Part shown: positions 21,667 to 32,236 of the stretch, in pieces
Layout of the letters: each line of letters starts with the position of its first letter
Position numbering within the stretch: the stretch's first letter is position 1
NCBI GenBank assembly: GCA_963828165.1
Contig: CAWHDR010000001.1
Span: forward strand, 1,056,001 to 1,120,000
Source of the DNA: an uncultured Chloroflexia bacterium
GTDB lineage: Bacteria; Chloroflexota; Limnocylindria; Limnocylindrales; CSP1-4
Direction: 5' to 3'
DNA: 64,000 nucleotides
Translations under genes and position numbers: made by a program
The notes under the pieces: generated by a model
Told to the model about the DNA's origin: nothing
Database searches by the model: none
Seen by the model: the letters and a program-made list of their open reading frames with translations, nothing else

Positions 21667-22418
21667 TGCCCCTCGCGCTGGTCGTGTCCTTTGGCGCCTT
21701 CGCGTCCGCCCTGGTGGGCGGCTGGCTGGCGATGCGCGCGGTGCGCTATGTCGGACTGATCATCGCGATCGGTGCCGGGATCCGGATCGGCGCGGCGTTC
21801 TTCGACTTGATCCCCGAATCCGTGGAGCACCTCGGGTCCATCGACCTGGCGATGCTCGTGACCACGATCGGGTTCCTGGCCTTCTACGCCCTCGACAAGG
21901 TCACGGCACTGCACGTGGGGCATGAGACCGCGTCGGAGCTCGACCACGAGGCGACCACCCACCAGCACATCGGCATCCTGGGAGCCAGCGGGATGGCGAT
22001 CCACAGCTTCCTCGATGGCGTCGCCCTCGCGGCGGCGCTGTCCGTGGGTGGCGCGCTGGGCACGATCATCGCGGTGGTCGTCATCGTCCACCGCTTCAGC
22101 GACGGCATCGGGGTCGTCAGCTTCATCCTGGCGAGCCGGATGCCCTCGAGCACCGCCTATCGTTGGGTGCTGCTCGTGGCCGCCGCGCCCGTCCTGGGCG
22201 TGCTCGTGGGCAGCGTCCTGACGATCTCCGACGAGATGCTCGGCGCGATCCTGGGGTTCTTCGCCGGCTTCTTCCTGTACGTCGGTGCGGCGGAGCTCCT
22301 GCCCGAGGCGCATCGGCGCGACAGCTCGCGGGTCGTGGTCGCCGCGACCCTGGGCGGTGCGCTCGCGATCTACCTGTTCTCGGTCTGGGTCGGGGCCATC
22401 GGCGTCGGCGTCGCCTGA
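21666..22418 (+). CDS. ZIP family metal transporter
   Basis: HSFLDG, VHRFSDG, ELLPEAH. Confidence 0.85.
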   Translation: MPLALVVSFGAFASALVGGWLAMRAVRYVGLIIAIGAGIRIGAAFFDLIPESVEHLGSIDLAMLVTTIGFLAFYALDKVTALHVGHETASELDHEATTHQHIGILGASGMAIHSFLDGVALAAALSVGGALGTIIAVVVIVHRFSDGIGVVSFILASRMPSSTAYRWVLLVAAAPVLGVLVGSVLTISDEMLGAILGFFAGFFLYVGAAELLPEAHRRDSSRVVVAATLGGALAIYLFSVWVGAIGVGVA

Positions 22419-22423
22419 CCGCC

Positions 22424-23338
22424 TCAGCCGGCCAGCGCCGCCTCGAGCTCACGAGCGGTCGGCATCCCCTCGCGCGCGCCCGGGCGCGTGACCGCCAGGG
22501 AAGCGGCGACGACCGCGCGGCGCGCCGCCTCGGTCACCGGCAGGCCGGCCGCCAGCCCGGCGGCGACGGAGCCGTTGAGCGTGTCCCCGGCACCGACCGT
22601 ATCGACGACGACCACGTCCGCCGCCGGGATCATGGTGGATCCCTCCTGACCGACGAGCACGGCCCCGCGACCCCCGAGGGTGATCAGGACGTGGCCACCG
22701 CCCGCGATCGCATTGAGGAGATGGCCGCCGAGGATTTCGGGGTCGTCCCCGTGCCCCGCGAGCTGGGCAGCTTCCCGTTCGTTGGGCGTGAGGATGTCAG
22801 TGAGCGCCAGCGTTTCGGCACCCACGCCGGTGGCCGGCGCGGGGTTGAAGACCGTGATCGCCCCGGCCGCCTTTGCGTACCGCAGCGCCTCGTTCGCGCT
22901 CGCCGTTGGGATCTCGTGCCCCACCAGGACGACGTCGCCGGCACCCGGACCCAGTCGTTCGAGCGAATCGCGGACATGCCCGGGCTCGAGGGCGCCGTTG
23001 GCGCCGCCCGCGACGGCGATGCAGTTCTCGCCCCGGGTGTCGACGAGGATCAGCGCGACGCCGGTCGCTTGGTCCGGGAGGGTCCGAAGCTCGGTCACGT
23101 CCACGCGCTCGGCCTCGAGGGCCGCCCGCGCCGCCATCCCATGATCGTCAGCGCCGACCGCCCCGACGAACGACGTCGATGCACCGAGCCGCGCCGCCGC
23201 TACGGCCTGATTGCCGCCCTTGCCCCCGTGATGCTGGGCGAACCGACCGCCGGTCACCGTCTCCCCGGGTGAGGGCAGGTGGTCGACCGTCGCGACGAGG
23301 TCCACGTTGACCGAGCCCACGACGATCACGCGGCTCAT
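22424..23338 (-). CDS. rbsK: Ribokinase (PfkB family)
   Basis: GGKGGNQAVAAARLG, PNEREA, DTVGAGD. Confidence 0.88.
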   Translation of the reverse strand: MSRVIVVGSVNVDLVATVDHLPSPGETVTGGRFAQHHGGKGGNQAVAAARLGASTSFVGAVGADDHGMAARAALEAERVDVTELRTLPDQATGVALILVDTRGENCIAVAGGANGALEPGHVRDSLERLGPGAGDVVLVGHEIPTASANEALRYAKAAGAITVFNPAPATGVGAETLALTDILTPNEREAAQLAGHGDDPEILGGHLLNAIAGGGHVLITLGGRGAVLVGQEGSTMIPAADVVVVDTVGAGDTLNGSVAAGLAAGLPVTEAARRAVVAASLAVTRPGAREGMPTARELEAALAG

Positions 23339-23345
23339 GCCGACC

Positions 23346-24167
23346 TCACGAGCCGGTGATGTACTCGCCGCCGTCCACGCTGATGATGTCGCCGTTGATG
23401 AACTCGGTGCCGTCGCCGGACAGCGCCAGGATCGCGTTCGCGACGTCCTGCGGCGTCGTCATCCGGCCGGTCGGATTCCGCTTCATCGTGATGTCGATCA
23501 TCGTCTGCGACTCGGGGATCTTGAGGAGCGCCGGGGTCACCGTCACGCCCGCGCGGATGCAGTTCGCCGTCGCGCCCGTGTTGTTACGAGCCAGCTCCAT
23601 GGCCAGCTGGCGGATGTGCGACTCCAGCGCCGCCTTGGCAGACGACACGACGCCGTACGAGGGCACCACCCGGGTCGAGCCCTCCGAGGTCATCGCGTAG
23701 ATCTTGGAGCCCTGTCCGAGGAAGCCGCCCCGCCACAGGTCCTGGACCCAGTAGACGAGGCTGTTGGCCATGACGTCCTGGGTCATCTCCATCTTCTTCC
23801 GATCCACGCCGCCCTTGGGGTCGTCGGTCAGGAAGGGCACGAGCGAGCCGAAGGCCAACGAGTGCATGACGATCCGCACGTACGGCTCGCGGCCCTCCGC
23901 CCGGGATCGGTCGAACCGCTCGCGCAGGGTCGCCAGGGCCGCCGCGCGCTTCTCGTCATCGGCGGCGTTCATGTTGATGAACAGCGCCTCCGACCCCGCA
24001 GCTTCGATGGCGCCCTTGACCTCGTCGACGTGGGCGAGCGCCGCGCGGAAATCGAGATGGATCCCGGCGATCTTGTAGCCGGCCTTCGCGAGCGTGATCG
24101 AGGTCGCCTCGCCCATGCCGGATGAGGCGCCAAGGATCAGCGCCCAGCGTTCGCGATCGTCGGTCAT
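23346..24167 (-). CDS. SDR oxidoreductase, enoyl-ACP reductase (FabI/FabL)-like
   Basis: GASSGMG, YGVVSSAKAALE (Y-x6-K). Confidence 0.8.
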   Translation of the reverse strand: MTDDRERWALILGASSGMGEATSITLAKAGYKIAGIHLDFRAALAHVDEVKGAIEAAGSEALFINMNAADDEKRAAALATLRERFDRSRAEGREPYVRIVMHSLAFGSLVPFLTDDPKGGVDRKKMEMTQDVMANSLVYWVQDLWRGGFLGQGSKIYAMTSEGSTRVVPSYGVVSSAKAALESHIRQLAMELARNNTGATANCIRAGVTVTPALLKIPESQTMIDITMKRNPTGRMTTPQDVANAILALSGDGTEFINGDIISVDGGEYITGS

Positions 24168-24306
24168 GGTCGGGTGGGCCCTCCTGTCGTGGGTGCGGTG
24201 AGCGGTTCGCACCGTCGAGCGCGCCGAGTCTAGCAGCGAGCGACCGGCCGACCTCCTGCGGTCGCGTGCAGTCCTGCACGTGCGCTTCGAGGACCCTTGA
24301 CCGCCC

Positions 24307-25545
24307 CTAGACGACGCCCAGCGCGCGCAGGCGCGCGACCTCGTCGCCGCCGATGCCCAGCTCTGCGAGGACCTCGACGGTGTGCTCGCCGAGGAGCGGC
24401 GGGGGCGTCCGGACGGCACCCGGGGTCGCCCCGAACTCGATGGGGATGCCGGCCTGGCGCAGCACGCCGAGGGCAGGGTGCTCGACCTCGACGAGCATGG
24501 ATCGGGCGGTCGCCTCGGGCGACTCGAACGCCGTGAGGACGTCGGTGATCGGGCCGCACGGGATGTCGGCGGCGGTCAGGGCCGCGAGCCACGCGTCGGT
24601 TGGTCGTGCCGCGAGACGATCGGCGATCAGCGGCCGCAACGTGGCGCGGGCCGTGACTCGATCGCCGTTCGTCGCGAAGCGCGGATCGTCGGCGAGCTCC
24701 GGCGCTCCGATGGCGGCGCAGAAGCGCGGCCACTGGCGTTCGGACCCCACTGCGACCACGATCTCTCCGTCACTGGTGGCGAAGGTCTCGTACGGGACGA
24801 TGTTCGGATGGGCGTTGCCCCGGCGGCCGGGCGTCGACCCGGTGACGAAGGCGTTCTGCGCCTGGTTGACCAGCACGGCCAGGGTGGATGCCAGCAGGGA
24901 GACGTCGACGCGCTGGCCGCGCACCGGGCCATCGGAGCGGCGAGCCACGAGCCCGGCGAGGATCCCCACGGTGGCGAACAACCCCGCGACGATGTCGCTG
25001 ATCGCGACCCCGACCTTGGTCGGGTGGCCGCCATCGACGTCCGCGTCCCCGGTGATGGACATCAGCCCTCCGACCGCCTGGATCACGAAGTCGTATCCCG
25101 GGCGTTCCGCGGCCGGGCCGTCGGGCCCGTAGCCGCTGATGGCGAGGTGGACGAGGTCCGGGTTGAGCTCGCGCAGGGTCTCCTCGTCGAATCCGAGCCT
25201 CGCCAGCGATCCCGGTCGGAGGTTTTCCACGAGGACATCAGCTTCCGCGAGCAGGCGGCGCAGGATGTCGGCCCCGGCTTCATGGCGGACATCCAGTCGC
25301 ACCGATCGCTTGTTGCGGTTGACCGCGAGGTAGTAGGCAGCGGTCCGCGTTCCGGCTCCCTCGTCCCCGACCCAGGGCGGTCCCCAGCCGCGCGTCGCGT
25401 CACCCTCGGGCGGCTCCACCTTCACCACGTCCGCCCCAAGGTCGGCCAGGAGCATCGTCGCGTACGGCCCGGCGAGCACCGTCGAGAGGTCGATGACGCG
25501 CAGCCCGGCGAGCGGGCCTGCGGGGAGTGACGACGCATGGGGCAT
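24307..25545 (-). CDS. CaiB/BaiF family III CoA-transferase
   Basis: LAGPYATMLLADLGADVVKVE, NRNKRS, ENLRPG, PGYD. Confidence 0.92.
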   Translation of the reverse strand: MPHASSLPAGPLAGLRVIDLSTVLAGPYATMLLADLGADVVKVEPPEGDATRGWGPPWVGDEGAGTRTAAYYLAVNRNKRSVRLDVRHEAGADILRRLLAEADVLVENLRPGSLARLGFDEETLRELNPDLVHLAISGYGPDGPAAERPGYDFVIQAVGGLMSITGDADVDGGHPTKVGVAISDIVAGLFATVGILAGLVARRSDGPVRGQRVDVSLLASTLAVLVNQAQNAFVTGSTPGRRGNAHPNIVPYETFATSDGEIVVAVGSERQWPRFCAAIGAPELADDPRFATNGDRVTARATLRPLIADRLAARPTDAWLAALTAADIPCGPITDVLTAFESPEATARSMLVEVEHPALGVLRQAGIPIEFGATPGAVRTPPPLLGEHTVEVLAELGIGGDEVARLRALGVV

Positions 25546-25602
25546 GGCGCCGATGGTAGCGCCGGGTCGGGATCGTCTGGTGCCCGCGGACTTCGCGAGG
25601 AC

Positions 25603-26244
25603 TCAGCCGGCTTGGCCCTCGGCGAGTGGCCCCTCGCAGCTCCGGCCGAACGGATCGCGGATTTCGATCACACCATCCCGGGCCGGCGTGATCCAGTCGA
25701 TGTGGTCACGGTTGACGACGATCGCGCCGACGTGATGCCGGTGATGGGTGGCGCCGTCGTCGTACTCGATCCAGGCGTCGGTGAGGGGCACCATCGGCTC
25801 GCGGCTACGGATGGAGACCAGGGGCGGCGATCCGGGCAGCGCATGGAGGTAGCCGCGGACCTGATACGGGCCGAGTTGCATCGCCAGTGGATGCTGCAAC
25901 GTCCGGCGGCGACGACCCGCTTCGCCACGTGGACCTGCCGCGTGCACGAACAGGATCTCTTCGCGGCGGACCTGGACCTCCTTCGCCTCGAGGGCACCAG
26001 CGTCCCGGAGCCGCTGGACCATCACGTCCACGAGCTGGACCTCGTCGTGCTGGTTGAGCAGGTCGGTCATCCGATCGGCGGACAGCCGCACGCGGCCCGA
26101 GAGCACGCAGTCCTCGGCGTAGGCAACGAAGTCGACCATCGGATGCCGCAAGCGAGCAGCGTCCAGGGAGGCGACGGGATCGGCCTGATCCGATCCAGGT
26201 CGCTGGAACGCGAAGAGCAGTCGTCGGCCGGCGTCGTGGATCAT
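25603..26244 (-). CDS. Hypothetical protein (paralog of 52937-53683)
   Basis: Shares YAEDC..GRVRLSADRMTDLLN..HPLAMQLGPYQVRGYLHALPG..PMVPLTDAWI. Confidence 0.7.
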   Translation of the reverse strand: MIHDAGRRLLFAFQRPGSDQADPVASLDAARLRHPMVDFVAYAEDCVLSGRVRLSADRMTDLLNQHDEVQLVDVMVQRLRDAGALEAKEVQVRREEILFVHAAGPRGEAGRRRRTLQHPLAMQLGPYQVRGYLHALPGSPPLVSIRSREPMVPLTDAWIEYDDGATHHRHHVGAIVVNRDHIDWITPARDGVIEIRDPFGRSCEGPLAEGQAG

Positions 26245-26417
26245 GTTGCCATGGTGGGTCCGCCGAGCTGCGGAGCGGGTCACCCGGAGGTCCTGTTCCC
26301 CGGCTGGCGTTGTGGCGTCGCACCGTTGCCTGCGCGCAAGTCCTGCCCGGGCATGGCCCGAATGGGTGTGCATCCTGTCGACACGACCGCCTGCGCGGAT
26401 AGCGCTAGCATCGCGCC

Positions 26418-27380
26418 ATGACCGACCGAGCCGCCGCCGCACCCCACATCCCGACCCTGATGACGGTCCATGCCCATCCCGACGACGAGACGATCGGGAC
26501 CGGCGGGACGATGGCCAAGGCCGTGGCGGAAGGCAAGCGCGTGGTCCTCGTGACGTGCACTCGCGGCGAGATGGGCGAGATCGTCGTCCCCGACCTCGAC
26601 ACGCCGGACAACCATCGCCGTCTGGGAGAGTTGCGCGCCGTCGAGCTGGAACGCGCGATGGCCCACCTCGCCGTCACCGAGTGGGAGAACCTCGGCTACC
26701 ACGACTCCGACATGATGGGGCGACCCGGGAACCACGATCCGCGATCGTTCTGGCAGGCCGATCTCGACGAGGCCGCACGTCGTCTGGTCTGGTTCATCCG
26801 TCGCTACCAGCCAGATGTCGTAACGACCTACAACGACTTCGGCGGGTACGGTCACCCCGACCATATCCGGACGCACGACGTCGCGGTCCGGGCGTTCCCT
26901 CGAGCCGGTGACGCGGCGTGGTACGCGGAACAGCTCGCTCCCGAGCATGGCGGCACGGGCCCGGCCACCGAGGACGGCGGCCTCGCTCCGTGGACGCCGG
27001 CGAAGCTGTACGAGCAGGCGATCCCGGAGTCCACGCGCACTGCGATGCGCGAGCGCCTCGAGGCGCTCGGCAAGCCGAGCTTCTGGGCACCGCCCGAGGA
27101 CGCGACCCCGGAGCAGCTCGCCGAGTTCGAGGCCTACATGGCGAAGATGCTCGTGCCCGATGCATCGATCACGACGTGGGTCGACATCTCGGGCGATCCG
27201 CTCGAGCGCAAGTGGGCCGCGATCCAGGAGCACGTGACCCAGATCGCGGCCGACTCGTCATTCATGCTCTTCGGCCTCGACGGCTGGCGTGAGGCCTGGG
27301 CCAAGGAGGCCTTCATCCTGCGGGAGTCGAGCGTCGAGACCGAGCGGCCCGAGAACGACCTGTTCGCCGGCCTCGCCTGA
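26418..27380 (+). CDS. PIG-L family deacetylase (Mca/MshB-like)
   Basis: VHAHPDDE, TRGEMGE, DSDMMG, GGYGHPDH. Confidence 0.9.
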   Translation: MTDRAAAAPHIPTLMTVHAHPDDETIGTGGTMAKAVAEGKRVVLVTCTRGEMGEIVVPDLDTPDNHRRLGELRAVELERAMAHLAVTEWENLGYHDSDMMGRPGNHDPRSFWQADLDEAARRLVWFIRRYQPDVVTTYNDFGGYGHPDHIRTHDVAVRAFPRAGDAAWYAEQLAPEHGGTGPATEDGGLAPWTPAKLYEQAIPESTRTAMRERLEALGKPSFWAPPEDATPEQLAEFEAYMAKMLVPDASITTWVDISGDPLERKWAAIQEHVTQIAADSSFMLFGLDGWREAWAKEAFILRESSVETERPENDLFAGLA

Positions 27381-27423
27381 GGGTCCCGGCGGGACCGGCG
27401 GTTCCGGGCGGGTACGCGTCAAC

Positions 27424-29079
27424 CTACCAGGGCAGGATCCCCTTCGACGCGTCGTAGATCTGGCCCATCACCACGCGGCCGTCACCGGCAGGATCGAGGA
27501 AGTTTGGCTGGGCCTTGTCCAGGATGATGTGCGGCCGCATCCGGGCCTGCACGAGGTCCTTGCCGTGGAAGGTGAGCTCGAGGGTGATGCCCTCCATGGT
27601 CGGCTCGGACCACGTCTGGTCGAAGATGAAGTTGCCGAGCGCATACCAGATGGGCTTGCCGTCGTGGATCTCCATGGCAGCGGCGTAATGCGCGTGGTTG
27701 CCGATGATCATGTCGGCACCGGCATCGATGATGTCGCGGGCCAGCTTCTGCTGTGCCGAGAACGGCGTGCGCCGGTACTCCGTGCCCCAGTGCGGGAAGA
27801 CGATGACGATGTCGGCGCCGCCCTTGCGCGCTCGCTTGATGTCGTTTCGCGCCCGGCTCAGCGTGAGCCTCGAACTGCCGGCGTCGTCTTCGCCCGCGGA
27901 GTAGTACGAGGCGATCGCGTCGTACCCGAGCACCGCGACCTTCACGCCACCCGCCTCCAGGATCGCGGGCTTGCGCGCCGCCGCGGAATCCTTGCCCGCG
28001 CCCGAGTAGGCCAGGCCACGTTCCTCGAGGTTGTCGATCGTCTGCAGGATCCCGGCGTCGCCGGCATCGCCGATGTGATTGTTGGCGAGCGACACGTAGT
28101 CGATGCCGGCGTTCACGAGGCCGTCGATGATCCCGGGGTCCGCCGAGAAGACCGTCCCGCTCGTATGCCAGCGGACGCGGTTCGGTGCCGGGTTCTCAAA
28201 GTTGGCGATGGCGATGTCCGCGCCCTTGATCAGCTCTCGCATGGCCCCCCGGTTGCCGGTCCGCCTGGTGACGGGCTGCTCCCAACCGAACCCGGAGCAA
28301 CAGGTGTGGCCGGTGATCTCGGCCGTCCCACCGTCGAACGGGAAGTCGACGCCCTTGCCCTTGATCCGGACGGTCTGGTACACGCCGCGGTCCAGGAGGA
28401 TGTCGCCGCCGGCGAACATCGTCCACGTCCGGGCGGGATCGAAGGTCGCATCGGCGGCAGCGGCCGGGAGCTGGGCATGCAGCCGCCACTCCCCCGCGGC
28501 GGTGACGCGGTCCCCGCCGAACAGCGATCGGCCACCCCAGGCTAGCGCCCGGACGGCCGGCGTCACGGCGTCGGCGCGCAGGAAAGCCAGGCGCTTGCGG
28601 TGCTTCGCGAGGTTCTTGGTGAGCGCGGCCGCGTCGGGGACGAGGACCAGGTGGTCGGCGTCGGCCGGGCGGCTCGCGTCGACCGCCGTGAGGATCGCGT
28701 CCGCTTCCCCTTCGACGAGGACCAGCGCCTCGTAGCGGGAGCTCGCGCCGGCAAGAACGGCAGCCACCTCGGCGCGCGTGGTGTTGGTCGGGATGGCACG
28801 GAATTGCGTGACCGGCACGACAGCGACATCCGCCAGCGGGGCCGTCGTGGCCGGTGTTGTGGCGGGTGTCGGGTCGGGCGTCGCGGCCGGATCCGCGGAC
28901 GGTGGCGCCTCGGTGCTCGCGGCGGGCGTGCCGCTCACACCGGCCGACGGGCTCGGTCCGGCGGCGATCCCGGACGGTCCCGGACTCCCCCCGCCGAACC
29001 CCAGCATCCCCCCGCTCATCGGCACGGCGATCGCCAGCGCGAGCAGACCCAGGACCACGAGCAGGGGAAGCCGTTTCAT
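27424..29079 (-). CDS. CapA/PgsA metallophosphatase-family secreted protein
   Basis: GGDILL, ANFE, LANNHIGD, HWGTEY, GNHAH, YALGNFIF. Confidence 0.88.
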   Translation of the reverse strand: MKRLPLLVVLGLLALAIAVPMSGGMLGFGGGSPGPSGIAAGPSPSAGVSGTPAASTEAPPSADPAATPDPTPATTPATTAPLADVAVVPVTQFRAIPTNTTRAEVAAVLAGASSRYEALVLVEGEADAILTAVDASRPADADHLVLVPDAAALTKNLAKHRKRLAFLRADAVTPAVRALAWGGRSLFGGDRVTAAGEWRLHAQLPAAAADATFDPARTWTMFAGGDILLDRGVYQTVRIKGKGVDFPFDGGTAEITGHTCCSGFGWEQPVTRRTGNRGAMRELIKGADIAIANFENPAPNRVRWHTSGTVFSADPGIIDGLVNAGIDYVSLANNHIGDAGDAGILQTIDNLEERGLAYSGAGKDSAAARKPAILEAGGVKVAVLGYDAIASYYSAGEDDAGSSRLTLSRARNDIKRARKGGADIVIVFPHWGTEYRRTPFSAQQKLARDIIDAGADMIIGNHAHYAAAMEIHDGKPIWYALGNFIFDQTWSEPTMEGITLELTFHGKDLVQARMRPHIILDKAQPNFLDPAGDGRVVMGQIYDASKGILPW

Positions 29080-29153
29080 CGCGGCCGAATCGTAGCAGCG
29101 GCGACTCCCGCTACCCGGTGGCGCCTTCACGCGGCTATCCGGCGGGCAGAAGA

Positions 29154-29183
29154 ACGCCCCGTCCGGGCGGGCGGACGGGGCGT
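29154..29183 (-). terminator. Probable terminator after tRNA-Asp
   Basis: 12-bp stem ACGCCCCGTCCG/CGGACGGGGCGT followed by TCTTCT on the minus strand. Confidence 0.6.
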
Positions 29184-29199
29184 AGGGAAATGCGGGAGA

Positions 29200-29276
29200 T
29201 GGCGGACCCGACCGGATTCGAACCGGCGATCTCCAGCGTGACAGGCTGGCATGTTGGGCCGCTACACCACGGGTCC
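29200..29276 (-). tRNA. tRNA-Asp(GTC)
   Basis: GGACCCGTGGTGTAGCGG...CTGTCAC...GGTTCGAATCC...GGGTCCGCCA cloverleaf with encoded CCA. Confidence 0.96.
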
Positions 29277-29346
29277 AGTTGCGGCGAGGCCGGACTATAG
29301 CAGAGGCGACCGGCCTTGTCCGACCTCCCGCCTATACTCCCCGACG

Positions 29347-30492
29347 ATGCCGGATCGACCCATCGACCTCCGAAGTGACACGGTCTCGCGGCCCACCGAC
29401 GCCATGCGCAAGGCGATGGCCGAGGCCGAGGTCGGCGACGACGTCTTCGGCGACGACCCGACCGTCACGGCCCTTGAAGAACGCGCCGCGGAGCTCCTTG
29501 GCAAGGAAGCCGGGCTGTTCGTCGCGAGCGGCACGATGGGCAATCTCACGGCGATGATGGCGCATCTCGGCCGCGGCCAGGAGGTGATCGCCGGAGCGCA
29601 GCATCACCTCGTGATCGACGAGGCCGCCGGGCACGCGGTCATCGTCGGGGCGAGCGCTCGAAGCCTCCAGGACCGGCCCGACGGCACGCTCGACCCGGCG
29701 GCCATCGACGCCGCGTTCCGTGACCCGACCGACCCACACGAGCCCCTGTCCGGCCTCATCACGCTCGAGAACACCCATGCCCACTCGATGGCGCAGCCGC
29801 TGACGCCCGCATACACCCGCGAGGTCGCCGCGATCGCGCGCCGCCACGGCGTCCCGCTGCATATCGATGGCGCCCGTTTCTGGAACTCGGTCGTGGCCCA
29901 GCGCCCGGCCGGCGTGACGGCACGGGACCTCGCCGATCCTGCGGACACGGTGACCTTCTGCTTGTCGAAGGGGCTCGGCTGCCCGGTCGGGTCCGTTCTG
30001 GTCGGCACGACCGAGGTCATCGGTCGCGCGCGTCGAGCGCGGAAACTCGTCGGCGGCGGGATGCGCCAGGTCGGCGTGCTGGCGGCAGCCGGCCTCGTCG
30101 CGTTGGCCGATGGCCCCGCCGGCATGATCGACCGGCTTGCGGAGGATCACGCCAACGCCCGTCGACTTGCCGAGGCCCTGTCGGACATGGACGGCATCGC
30201 GAGTCCGGGTGGCACGGCTCAGCCGGCGACCGGTCCCCTGGATCCCGGTCGCGCGGCGACGAACTTCGTCCTGTTCAAGGTCGACCGTGATCGCGCGGCG
30301 TTCCTCGACGCGCTCCGTGCGCGGAACGTCCTGATGGTGGAATATGCCGACGGTCAGGTCCGAGCGGTCACCCATCACGACATCTCGACCGACGACATCG
30401 AGACGGTCATCCAAGCGACCCGCGACGCCCTGACCGAGACCGAGTCGACGACGACGGCGTCGCCACACCGACCGACGGTCGCAACGGCCTGA
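29347..30492 (+). CDS. ltaE: Low-specificity threonine aldolase
   Basis: IDLRSDT, SGTMGN, LENTH, HIDGAR, CLSKGLG, GGGMRQ. Confidence 0.9.
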   Translation: MPDRPIDLRSDTVSRPTDAMRKAMAEAEVGDDVFGDDPTVTALEERAAELLGKEAGLFVASGTMGNLTAMMAHLGRGQEVIAGAQHHLVIDEAAGHAVIVGASARSLQDRPDGTLDPAAIDAAFRDPTDPHEPLSGLITLENTHAHSMAQPLTPAYTREVAAIARRHGVPLHIDGARFWNSVVAQRPAGVTARDLADPADTVTFCLSKGLGCPVGSVLVGTTEVIGRARRARKLVGGGMRQVGVLAAAGLVALADGPAGMIDRLAEDHANARRLAEALSDMDGIASPGGTAQPATGPLDPGRAATNFVLFKVDRDRAAFLDALRARNVLMVEYADGQVRAVTHHDISTDDIETVIQATRDALTETESTTTASPHRPTVATA

Positions 30493-30548
30493 TCCGCGCG
30501 CCGGCCATTCCCGCCGGCCACTCCCGCCGCACCTCCCAGGAGCCTTCC

Positions 30549-32231
30549 TTGACCGAAACCACCCTCGCGCCCAAGCTGCCGCGCCCTGCCCATGCGCCCG
30601 ACCGCGGACCGCGCGACGACACGTTCTACGATCTCGTCGAGGCGCGTCTGCGCCGGCTGGTCCGTGACAACCCGATCCTGGGAACCGCCATCGGCCTCCA
30701 CGCGCTCGACGACGAGCTCGGCGACGGCGGACGGGAGGCGGTTCTGGCCGAGCTCGAGGCCGACCGGCGCCACCTGGCGAAGATCGAGGGACTCGATCCC
30801 GCCGACCTGTCGGCGACCGCCCGCTTCGAGCGCGACCTGGAGATGCACAACGTTCGCCGGTCCATCTTCGACGCCGATGTGCTGCGCATCTGGGAGCGTC
30901 GTTCGTTGGCCCTGGACACGATCGGCGACGGGCTGTTTCTCCTGTTCGCCCGCGATCATGCCCCCCTCGCCGAGCGACTGACGGCCATCGCCGGGCGCCT
31001 GGAGGCCATCCCCGGGTACCTCGATCAGTCGCATTCCCGCGCGGTCGGGCCGCAGGTCCGGACGTGGCAGCAGGTCGAGATCGAAACCGCCGCCGAGATC
31101 CCCACCTTCCTCGATGAGATCGTCGCGGCCGCGGACGGAACCGTCGATGGGCCGGAGCGCCGCCGCCTGCGGCGGGCCGCGGACGCCGCCAAGATCGCCG
31201 TCGAGCTCTACGCGAGCTGGCTCGAGGGAACGCTCGCGGACGGGACCGACGACTGGCCGATCGGGCGCGAGCGGCACGACGCGCTCGTTGCCCACCGCGC
31301 CTTCGATGGCCTCGACGCGGACGAGATCCTGGAGCTCGGCTGGCAGAAGCTGGCGGAAGCGAAGGCGGCCCGGATCGCCGCCGCGCACGAGGTCGATCCG
31401 GACGCATCTGAAGCCGAGGTCGTCGATCGGGTCAAGTCGGACCAGCCCGCCGATTTCACGGCCGCGCTGACCGCGTACGAGACGTCGATGCATCGAGCGC
31501 GCGCCCACCTGATCGAGCGCGACCTGGTCACCGTGCCGGCCGACGAGCGGATCGACGTCATCGAAACGCCCGAGTACCTGCGCAACGTCATCCCGTTCGC
31601 CGCCTACTTCGAGCCCGCGACGTTCGACCCGGATCCGAAGGGCATCTACATCGTCACCCCGTCGGTGGGCGGCGACGCGAACGCGATGCGGGAGCACAAC
31701 TACGCCTCGATCAGCAACACCAGCATCCACGAGGCGTATCCCGGCCACCACCTGCAACTCGACACCGCCCGCCGGCACCCGTCGCTGACGCGCCTCCTGG
31801 CGGACGCACCCGAGTTCGTGGAGGGCTGGGGGATGTACTCGGAGCTGATGATGCGCGAGCACGGCTTCGACGACGACCCCCACTTCCGGGTCGTGATGCA
31901 TACCGACGCGATCTGGCGGGCGTGCCGGATCATCCTGGACGTCCGGATGCACCGGGGCGAGGTCACGCTCGACGAGGCGGTCGACTTCATCGTCGGACAC
32001 ACGAGCTTCGAGCGAGCGAACGCCGCCGCCGAGGCGCGCTGGTACACGTATCGCCCGACGTATCCACTGTCGTACCTGCTCGGTCGCACGTTGCTGCTCA
32101 AGCTCCGGACCGACGAGGAGGCCCGCCTCGGCGACGCGTTCTCGCTGAAGGGCTTCCACGACACGCTGCTGCGGAACGGCTCGCTGCCGATCAGCTTCCA
32201 CCGACGGCTGCTGGCCGGCGAAGGCGTCTAG
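30549..32231 (+). CDS. DUF885 domain protein
   Basis: IHEAYPGHHLQ, FVEGWGMYSE, RIILDVRMH, SYLLG. Confidence 0.88.
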   Translation: MTETTLAPKLPRPAHAPDRGPRDDTFYDLVEARLRRLVRDNPILGTAIGLHALDDELGDGGREAVLAELEADRRHLAKIEGLDPADLSATARFERDLEMHNVRRSIFDADVLRIWERRSLALDTIGDGLFLLFARDHAPLAERLTAIAGRLEAIPGYLDQSHSRAVGPQVRTWQQVEIETAAEIPTFLDEIVAAADGTVDGPERRRLRRAADAAKIAVELYASWLEGTLADGTDDWPIGRERHDALVAHRAFDGLDADEILELGWQKLAEAKAARIAAAHEVDPDASEAEVVDRVKSDQPADFTAALTAYETSMHRARAHLIERDLVTVPADERIDVIETPEYLRNVIPFAAYFEPATFDPDPKGIYIVTPSVGGDANAMREHNYASISNTSIHEAYPGHHLQLDTARRHPSLTRLLADAPEFVEGWGMYSELMMREHGFDDDPHFRVVMHTDAIWRACRIILDVRMHRGEVTLDEAVDFIVGHTSFERANAAAEARWYTYRPTYPLSYLLGRTLLLKLRTDEEARLGDAFSLKGFHDTLLRNGSLPISFHRRLLAGEGV

Positions 32232-32236
32232 CACCC

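Noticed and set aside
29200-29276. tRNA-Asp as an integration site
   Set aside because: No duplicated 3' end was found and the flanking genes are ordinary.
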